The translations under genes were made by a program, and so were the position numbers. The notes below the pieces were generated by a model. The model did not search any database and was not told the origin of the DNA. It saw nothing but the letters and a program-made list of their open reading frames with translations. Of a stretch of 64,000 bases of DNA, positions 54,735 through 64,000 are shown in pieces (the first letter of the stretch is position 1; each line of letters begins with the position of its first letter). The DNA lies in NCBI RefSeq assembly GCF_006345805.1, contig NC_043012.1, positions 41,664,001 to 41,728,000 of the forward strand, read 5' to 3'. The stretch comes from Octopus sinensis. Lineage: Eukaryota.

Positions 54735-55034
54735 TAATTCCAAACTTAATTGCCTAATAGAGGTTTTTCTCTAAATTTTATACACATATTATATAATGTG
54801 AAATTTGATTCAGAATTGCTAAATTGAATTTTTCCCTGTAAGTTTGGAATTATATTCCCTATTATTATAATATATGTATGTATATAGGATAAAATTTTCG
54901 AAAATTTTTTATAAATGGCCAGCATATTAAAAAGACGCGTGCTTAGAGTGATAAATTATATGGTTATTAACGATTAAGTCTATTTTCGGCATATTTTACA
55001 TTGGAATTTTTATACTTTTGTCCTTGTTTATAAG

Positions 55035-56882
55035 TTGTATATGAATACTGAGCAATATAAAAACTCTGTATCTCTCCTTTTAGAGGATACCACATACTAC
55101 GAAAGAGTAGTCGACTACCAGCAATCCAAAACAATGACCAATCTGAAGGCACTCATTTACCAACACCGGAATGACTTGACAGCAAAGGAATGCGACTACA
55201 TTACTAAATTTAATTGCAAAACCAGCACACTCTATGGGCTTCCAAAAATACACAAGAGTCAAATTATCACAGAAGCTTGCAAAAAGTCCACTTCAACCTG
55301 CATCACTATACCACATCCCACTGATCTCAAACTGAGACCAATAGTGGCAGGCCCAAGTTGTGAAACACACAGACTTAGCAACTTTATAGATATCATCTTA
55401 AAGCCAATACTGAAACACATTCCAAGTATTGTAAGAGATGACCTGGACCTATTAAACCATCTCCCCAAACATGCCGATAAAGACACCTTAATCGTTTCTT
55501 TTGATGTTATTAATCTTTACACCACAATCCCACATGAATTTGGACTGGAAGCCATTAAATTCTGGCTGGATAAATATCCCAATGAGATCCCGGAAAGAAT
55601 TAAAAAAGAATTCATAATTCAGGGCCTCAAATTTATTCTGCAAAACAACTTCATGTATTTCCAAAACAACACTTACAGACAGGTCTCAGGAACTGCAATG
55701 GGTACGAAAGTTGCACCTACCTATGCAAACCTGGTGATGGCCTACCTGGAATCACATATCTATGAAAAATCCAAATATAAGTACGGCCAGTCTTTCCACA
55801 AATACCTGTTGGAGAACTGGAAACGCTACTTAGATGATTGCCTCATCCTATGGTCCCACACACTCGACCAACTTATAGACTTCAAAAACCTTATCAACAG
55901 TGTAAATAACAACATTCAATTCACAATGGAATATAGTCAGGACCAACTCCCTTTTCTTGACATCCTAATCATTAAAAAAGGCGTCAACATTGAAACTGAC
56001 ATCCATTACAAACCCACTGACTCTAAACAATACCTTCTATTCACCTCCAATCACCCAAAACACACAAAGACAAATATCCCCTTCAACCTAGCGAGAAGAA
56101 TCTGCACTATTGTCTCAAATGACACAACACGAAATAGAAGACTCCGGGAACTAAGGACAATTCTTCTCGAAAGACATTACCCGGCATCACTAGTAGACAA
56201 CGGAATAGAACGGGCCAAATCAATCAACATTCAAGACCTTCGAAAACCCAAACACATCCACAGTACAGTCAATAGCCTCCCTTATCTCTCAACACACAAC
56301 CCAAGGAATGCAGAAGCTTACACTATTATATACAACAACATTCCACAACTAAATCAAGACCCACGCCTGAAAAAAATACTGGCAGCTCATAAAATAATAA
56401 AAAGTAAGAGACAACCTAAATCCCTAAAAAACCTCCTCACCAACGCAAAATTACACAACACAAACCCACCGCCCACCATCAAAAAATGTGGTCGCCCCAA
56501 CTGCAAGACCTGCATCCACCTCATTGAGGGATCATCGTACAAGTTCCACTCGGGACACACATTCATCATAAAAAATAATTTCACGTGCGCATCAAAAAAT
56601 TTACTCTACGTCATAAGGTGTGAAGGATGCCACGAAGATTACATAGGGCAAACGAGCCTTACCCTCAGAGACAGAATGACAGTTCACCGACAACAACTGA
56701 GGGACCCCTCCACAAGACAGATACCACTAAGTGGACACTTAGACCTTTGTGCACACAATAAGTCCCCCAAATTCTTAGTCTTCCCACTATACCAATGCTC
56801 GGACAACACCACAGACCAAACACGAATAAATAAGGAAAGTAATCTTATTCAAAAATACAGACCACAACTAAACATACTCTAA
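55035..56882 (+). CDS. Penelope-like element reverse transcriptase + GIY-YIG endonuclease (5'-truncated, uninterrupted 615 aa)
   Basis: LYGLPKIHK, LRPIV, SFDVINLYT, GTAMG, RYLDD, LPFLD, HYKPT, Cys linker CGRPNCKTC, NLLYVIRC..C...YIGQT..L..R...H. Confidence 0.92.
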   Translation: MYMNTEQYKNSVSLLLEDTTYYERVVDYQQSKTMTNLKALIYQHRNDLTAKECDYITKFNCKTSTLYGLPKIHKSQIITEACKKSTSTCITIPHPTDLKLRPIVAGPSCETHRLSNFIDIILKPILKHIPSIVRDDLDLLNHLPKHADKDTLIVSFDVINLYTTIPHEFGLEAIKFWLDKYPNEIPERIKKEFIIQGLKFILQNNFMYFQNNTYRQVSGTAMGTKVAPTYANLVMAYLESHIYEKSKYKYGQSFHKYLLENWKRYLDDCLILWSHTLDQLIDFKNLINSVNNNIQFTMEYSQDQLPFLDILIIKKGVNIETDIHYKPTDSKQYLLFTSNHPKHTKTNIPFNLARRICTIVSNDTTRNRRLRELRTILLERHYPASLVDNGIERAKSINIQDLRKPKHIHSTVNSLPYLSTHNPRNAEAYTIIYNNIPQLNQDPRLKKILAAHKIIKSKRQPKSLKNLLTNAKLHNTNPPPTIKKCGRPNCKTCIHLIEGSSYKFHSGHTFIIKNNFTCASKNLLYVIRCEGCHEDYIGQTSLTLRDRMTVHRQQLRDPSTRQIPLSGHLDLCAHNKSPKFLVFPLYQCSDNTTDQTRINKESNLIQKYRPQLNIL

Positions 56883-57039
56883 CATACCCCCTGGAAACAC
56901 ATCCAGAGCAAGCACACAGGGACGCGCGCACGCTCACAGCATATCGTGCGGGCGGGTACATGCGCGCATCGGCACGCATAGGACACACTAGCGGGCATTG
57001 ACCGCACACATACGTGGCATGCACACGCATGCATCATAT

Positions 57040-57339
57040 ATATGTAGGTGATGTATGTGTGTGAGTGTTGTGTGTGTGTGTGTGTGTGTGTGCACGTTGT
57101 GTGTGTGTGTGCGCGGATGTATATATATATGTGTGTGTGTGTGTGTGTGCACTGTGTGCGCGTGTGTGTGTATGTGTGTGCGTGCGCGCGCGTTGTGTGT
57201 ATGTGTGTGTGCACGTGTGTATATATGTGTGTGTGTGTGCACTGTGTACGGGTGTGTGTGTATGTGTGTGTGTGTGAGCATTGTGTACGTATGTATGTAT
57301 TTACATGTGTATTTGTTTTAAATATATATATATATATAT

Positions 57340-57374
<35 letters not shown>

Positions 57375-57837
57375 TGGTGTGTATATGCATGGTATGTGTG
57401 TATATGTTAGTACTTTGTTTGTGTGTGTGGTGCGGCATGTAGAGATATATTTGAGTGTGTACGCTATAGGTTTGTAATTTGTGTGTGGGGGGGGGTGAAT
57501 TTTTTATATATATATATATGTATGTGTATGTGTGTGAAAAAATATATGTATGTGCATGTATGTATGTATGTATGTGTGTATATAATATATATATATATAT
57601 ATATCTATATATATATATATATATGTGGGTGTGTGTGTGTGTGTGTGTGTATATGCATGGTATGTGTGTATATGTTAGTACTTTGTTTGTGTGTGTGTGC
57701 GGCATGTAGAGATATATTTGAGTGTGTACGCTATAGGTTTGTAATTTGTGTGTGGGGGGGGGTGAATTTTTTATATATATATATATAGTATGTGTATGTG
57801 TGTGAAAAAATATATGTATGTGCATGTATGTATGTAT

Positions 57838-57869
<32 letters not shown>

Positions 57870-58444
57870 GTGTATATATATGTGTGTGTGTGTATGTGTG
57901 TGTGTGTATATTTATTTGCTTGTTTATGTGTGTATAAACATGTACATTATTTGCATGCGCATTGTGTATATGTATATTGTATGTATGTGTATTGTATATG
58001 CATGTGTACAATTAAGTGTATATATGTGTGTGTATGTATGCAGTGTATATATGTATATTGTAGGTGTGCTATATATGCATGAATACATGTATGTGCATTA
58101 CGTGTATATATATGTATACATTGTGTATGTATGTTATGTGTGTGTGTGTATATATATATATTGTATGTATGCGTACGTGTATGTGTATGCGTTGTATGTA
58201 TGTGTATTGTGTGTATATGTGGTACATCTATGTATGTGTATGTAAACACTATTTATATGTATATGTGTATATATGTATATGCATTGTCTATATATATATA
58301 TTATATGTATGTACTGCGTATGTATATTGCATGCATATATTGTGTATGTATATTACTTACATGCGTATGTGTGTATTGTATGTGTGTATATATATGCTAG
58401 GTGTATTTGTGTGATATTATATTATGTATGTATGTGTGCGTGTG

Positions 58445-58483
<39 letters not shown>

Positions 58484-58710
58484 GTGTGTGTGTGTGTGTT
58501 ATATATCTGTGTATGTTATATATAGATACATATTATATTTGTGTGCTGTGTGTATATGTGATATATGTGGGTGCGTTGTGTGTGGGTGTGTGTGTTCTGT
58601 GTGTGTGTGTGTGTTGTTTGTATGTGGTGTGTGTTTGTTTACTATGTGTGTGTGTGTGTGTTGTTGTTGTTGTGTGTGTGTGTGTCTGTGTGTGTGTGTA
58701 TATGTGTGTG
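57040..58710. repeat. (TG)n/(TA)n compound microsatellite block with an internal ~270-bp duplication
   Basis: gcggcatgtagagatatatttgagtgtgtacgctatagg occurs at ~57432 and ~57700. Confidence 0.9.
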
Positions 58711-59402
58711 ACAAACAGACGCTATCTGACCAGCGGGCACGGACACATCTATTCACACCCGCATACTAACCTCCTGATAACCCCAAAATCATTCATGCAT
58801 AAAGGGGAAGTATACACCACATTGGCTACTTCCTCTGTTCTCTCAGTTCAGCCTTTCTGCTAATACCGACAGGTCAGTAAAAACATTCTCGCCTTGTACT
58901 TAAAATATTCTGAGATGTATAAAAAATCCATTTTAATTTTTGCTGTCAAAAGGCTGTATATATATACCGAAGATTGTATATATATACATGTAATGTGACA
59001 ATTTGCGACAACCAATAATTAACGCAACCAATTCCCAATAATATATTTGTTTTATCCTTTTCTGCCAAATTTTCCCAAATATTCTCATCACACTATTGAA
59101 CTTCTCTGTTACCAAACACTATATTTATACATGTAATGTGACAATTATGTATAAAAAAACATTTTTGAATTCATAATATCCAATGTGACAATTATGTAAA
59201 AACTTTTTGAATGCATAATATTCAATGTGACAATTATGTAAAAACTTTTTTTGAACCCATATTATTCAATGTTTCCTTAAATGTAACTTTTGACAATCTT
59301 TTACCAAAGAGTGAAACCGGTTAAGTAAATAAACATCGTTTAAATTGCATTTTCAAACTTTTTTCTTATATAATCCCACTCGTGCGATACCCCACAACTC
59401 AA

Positions 59403-59473
<71 letters not shown>

Positions 59474-59612
59474 TACATACATACACACACACACACACAC
59501 TTTTATTCGTTTCAGCCATGCAGCCGTGGTTATGCTGGAGCACCACTACATACACACGCACGCACACATACATACACACACACACACGCACACACATAGC
59601 TAGCTAGCTAGC

Positions 59613-59647
<35 letters not shown>

Positions 59648-59908
59648 GAAATATATATTGTGTTTTATACTTTGAATCATTCACTTCTTTCACTCATTGG
59701 ACTGTGGCCTTGCTGGGGCACCGCTCTGAGGAGTTTAGTTGACCAAACGGACCCTAGTGCTTACTTTTATGGATATCTTTAGTCTGGTAATTATTCTAGC
59801 AATACTTTATGCCGAACTGCTAAGTCTCAGGAAGGTTAACAAACCAATGCTGGTTGTTAAGCGGCCTGCAGACAACACACATAGACACAAATAAAGTAAG
59901 AGAGAGAG

Positions 59909-59992
<84 letters not shown>

Positions 59993-60004
59993 GTGTGTGT
60001 GTGT

Positions 60005-60065
<61 letters not shown>

Positions 60066-60994
60066 AAGAGAAAGAGAGCGAGAGAGAGAGCGAGAGAGAA
60101 TGAGAGAGAGATATTGCAAAGCCTATTTCGGTGTTATGAAAGCAGATGAATCTCGCAGTAACAGTTGGGAAGAGAAGAAGAATTATATTTGTTATTTACA
60201 GCAATTGAAATGTATTTGTATTTGGAAGTTTTATCGCTTCAGCGGCATTTTAGATTAGGTTTAATCTTGCATGGAGTAGACATCCGTTTTATATTATCAC
60301 TTAGCGCACGTGGCAATGGGCGATTAAGCATGCACGCACATAAGGTCACACACACAAATACACTCACGCGCATACACACACAACACACACAACAAACACA
60401 CAAACACACATACACGCATACATGCACGCGTGCGCACCCACACACGCACACACATTGATATACAAATACATATACACACATTCACGCAATCACATACACG
60501 TAAGTCAGAAACTCAGTTTTATACAGTATATTCATGCATATATTTGCATATGAATACACACACACACACATAAGGATGTATATGTATGCATATATTATAT
60601 TTATGATTTTTACTTGTTTCAGTCATTTGATTGCGGCCATGCTGGAGCACCGCCTTTAGTCGAGCAAATCGACCCCGGGACTTATTCTTTGTAAACCCAG
60701 TACTTATTCTATCGATCTCTTTTGCCGAACCGCTAATTGACAGGGACATAAACACACGAGCATCGGTTGTCAAGCAATGCTTAGGGAACAAACACAGACA
60801 CACAAGCATACGCACACACACATATATATATATATACATATATACGACGGGTTTCTTTGAGTTTCCGTCTACCAAATCCACTTGCAAAGCTTTGGTCGGC
60901 CCGAGGCTACAGTAGAAGACACTTGCCCAAGATGCCACGCAGTGGGACTGAACCCGGAACCATACGGCAAGGAATCCAAACCTGTAGCCACACA

Positions 60995-61345
60995 TATGGC
61001 CATCCGGCAGCAACCCTCTCCTATCATAGTTTTTGCCACAGTCATCAGTAGTTTCACATAGCCATCTGAATTGAACCGAAAGCCCCGGTCAGAGATGTGC
61101 GGACGAGTTCCAACGTATGGACTCAGTCAGAACGCCTGCTGTGTCCCTTTCTGCTGGCTTCGACTTCGTAGTCTCCGTTGAAGTTGTTCATGTCACGTTT
61201 TACAGGCCCTTACAGCGTCCATACGATATTGGCATTTTGGTACACGGCACGATCACGATACGGAGGTAACTCTTTTCCGACATTCAGATGGCTTCGAATC
61301 CTTTGTGTCAGCTTTTTCTGAATTAAAACTTTAGTTTTTAGGCAC
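60995..61345 (-). pseudogene. Decayed Tc1/mariner-superfamily (maT/DD37D-like) transposase fragment
   Basis: Minus-strand frames read RKGHSRRSD and FNSDGYVKLL.TV.K / RVAAGWPYVW; interrupted by a SINE. Confidence 0.45.
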
Positions 61346-61427
61346 TCCGATACCGTTGACAGTTCACCAACAAATCAAAAGGTTCCCGGAAAAAAGAAAA
61401 AACCGTCAAATTTAGCCCGAACACATT

Positions 61428-61470
<43 letters not shown>

Positions 61471-63046
61471 ATCCGCATGACTAAGAATCTATTTGTTGAA
61501 TTTATCTTCCTTTCCTTCTTTTTTCTCTTCTTCTCATGCTCACTCTCTCTCTCTCTGTCACTCTTTTCCTCTTTCTTCTACACTCCCCCCATCTCTCTCC
61601 TTCTCTCTCTCTCTCTCTCCATGTATACATACATTTATGCAGATATACATTTATTATGAATATTTTTTAGCTAAATATAAAACTATAAAATAAGCCAAAT
61701 AAACGAGTCTGTCAGGTGAAGTCAATCATTTCTTTCAAATAATTAAATTTGAGTATTTGTCATCGTCAAGTGGGAATTAAGCTCGTTTATTTGAATTAAT
61801 ATTAGAGTAATAATATATGGCGGAAATGTAGAGATTTTTCGGAAGTCTTCAGGCCTCTGATGTGTTCTTAAATACCATCATTAGTCTGTCTCTTATCATT
61901 TTCATAAGATACTTTGAAAGGCTTGTGCTTTTCTTTTCTTTTCTTTTTTCGGACCGACGTTGACGCAACGAACATAGTTGTTGGTATGGCCTATCTTTGA
62001 GTCAGTGCCATTTTTGTAATCGAAATACCAGCACCGTATACAATGTTTTCTTTTTAGTCATATGCCTTTGGGGAGACAAATCTTTGTTTCAGTTTTGCAT
62101 GAATGAGCAACGAGTAAAAATATTGCCAGCAAACCAGGGCGGAGCAAGCAGACATTCATTTGTTGGAATATAGAACTTTTACTAACTAAAAGGCAAATGT
62201 TTAAATAAAAACATTATATAACGCATTGGTGGTTCTACCAGCAAAATATCAACAAGCTATATAGAACTTACAGAGGACTTGTTGAAGTGACAGAGCTGAC
62301 TCAGAGCACCCCAGATGTGACCGTCCTGCCTTTTTCCTGTGTTCAAGGGAGCTTTTTCTTCGGCAGTAAAGGAGGTGATTTAAGGGAACCTTTTTGGTTA
62401 TATTTTCTAAACGTGATGTAAAGGGAATTTGACTGGTATTTCTAACAAATCCAGTAACTACATAAATGCTTCTTCACTGAGTCATGTGATTTAGTGGGGT
62501 ATGGGGGAGTGGGGGGTGGATATGCAAATTTTTGGGTCAAAGGTCAAAGTAGTAACTTTATTACCGAAAAATGATAATAAAGTCTTTTCCTTGCACACCC
62601 GACATCCTGCCTCCCAACCACCACACGTTTAAGGGTGGGGTGTGGGTTAAGTCGGGGATCAGGTGAGAGGAAGAGGAGGAGGGAGAGTTGTGGTGTAGTG
62701 GTTTAGTTGTTAGTGACAAGTGAGTTGACAACCTGTCACTGGGTCGGCGGATCAGTCACACCTGACTGATTCTATTGCTTCTCAGTATATATACACTTTG
62801 TGCGGCTAATCAGGCTTCTGCTTCGAAATAATCGTCATAGTCATTGTAGTCATCACCATCGCCACCACCACCACCACCACCACCACCATCATTATCATCA
62901 TCATCATCATCAACGTTGTCATCATCTTCGTTAGCCTAACTTATTCATCTCATCAGTTTTGGACGCTTTCTGATCTTACACGCTGCCCTACCACTGACTA
63001 CGCAGACACGACTCCAGGAGCTCCAACAAAACCTGTGATAAAGAGA

Positions 63047-63126
<80 letters not shown>

Positions 63127-63289
63127 TAATAATAATCTGGAGTAGCTGTGTGGTAAGTAGCTTGCTTACCAACTACATGGTTCTGGGTTCATTCCCACAA
63201 CGTGGCATCTTGGGCAAGTGTCTTCTACTATAGCGTCGGGCCGAACAAAGCCTTGTGAGTGGATTTGGTAGACGGAAACTGAAAGAAAG

Positions 63290-63535
63290 TGGAGTCTAAA
63301 AACTGAAACAATTCCTATCATAGTAGGCGCATTAGGCATGATAATAAACATTCAGACAAATGCATAACAAAAACACCAGGACTTATATAACATACAGAAA
63401 ATTGCACTACTTGGGCACTGCCCACATCCTACGCAAAACACTTTCAATACAGTAACCATAAGAGCATCACAGCAGACCATAGCACATACCCAAGGCACAC
63501 AGAGTTGTGCTCGGTAGTGAAGTGAAAGCACGCTA
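63290..63535 (+). mobile_element. 3' end fragment of the Dong/R4-like LINE
   Basis: Close match to 46830-47085 (acaattcctatcat...cggtagtgaagtgaaagcacgctata). Confidence 0.85.
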
Positions 63536-63787
63536 TAATAATGGCAAGACTGTATGGCATGCCAGAAGGTAATGTAAAAGTGATGATACTAGTGGTGACT
63601 GGAGTGTTGAGTTCAATCCCATTGAAACTTCAACACTTCTTAAGGCAGCTGGAAATCCCATGCAAGATTGATGTCTTGCAAAAACAGCCTTATTGGGCAC
63701 AGCGCACATCCTAAGGAAAATATTATCTGTCTGTGACTTGACAGATGACTAAAGACTCTGCTGCATTTTTACCTACGCTGTGTTACG

Positions 63788-63835
<48 letters not shown>

Positions 63836-63957
63836 GAAGAAGAAGAAGAACAACAACAACAACAACAACAGTAGTAGTAGTAGTAGTAATAGTAATAGTA
63901 ATAGTAATAATAATAATAATAATAGTAATAATAATAATAATAGTAATAGTAATAGTA

Positions 63958-63988
<31 letters not shown>

Positions 63989-64000
63989 TATAGTAGTAGT

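Overview
An AT-rich, repeat-saturated eukaryotic intergenic or intronic window. The repeat landscape ((TA)n/(CA)n/(AAT)n/(TCTA)n tracts, tRNA-head SINEs, RTE, Dong/R4, Penelope, mariner and Helitron relics) suggests an octopus or other cephalopod genome; this is inference. No host protein-coding gene can be supported, and most short ORFs in the track are microsatellite translations. Recognisable elements: RTE LINEs (1-1260 -, 3188-5300 +), a Helitron PIF1 remnant with its 3' hairpin-CTAG end (6570-8841), a solo LTR (13018-14176), Dong/R4-like RLE LINEs in (TAA)n (44290-47100 +, 24977-26350 -), Tx1/L1-like and CR1-like fragments, a full-length mariner (53443-54734), a Tc1/pogo-type MITE, and an uninterrupted 615-aa Penelope RT+GIY-YIG ORF (55035-56882). 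The most notable signal is not in the ORF track: more than a dozen type I hammerhead ribozyme motifs (CUGANGA...GAAA...UH with pairing stems). They sit in several families of fold-back or tandem inserts in (TA)n tracts. These include a ~495-bp non-coding tandem array with five hammerheads and an internal strand switch (37738-40131) and a second ~488-bp hammerhead unit (11337-12020). Together they look like a Penelope-dependent retrozyme/circRNA system that targets TA microsatellites and inserts with both 3' ends facing outward.
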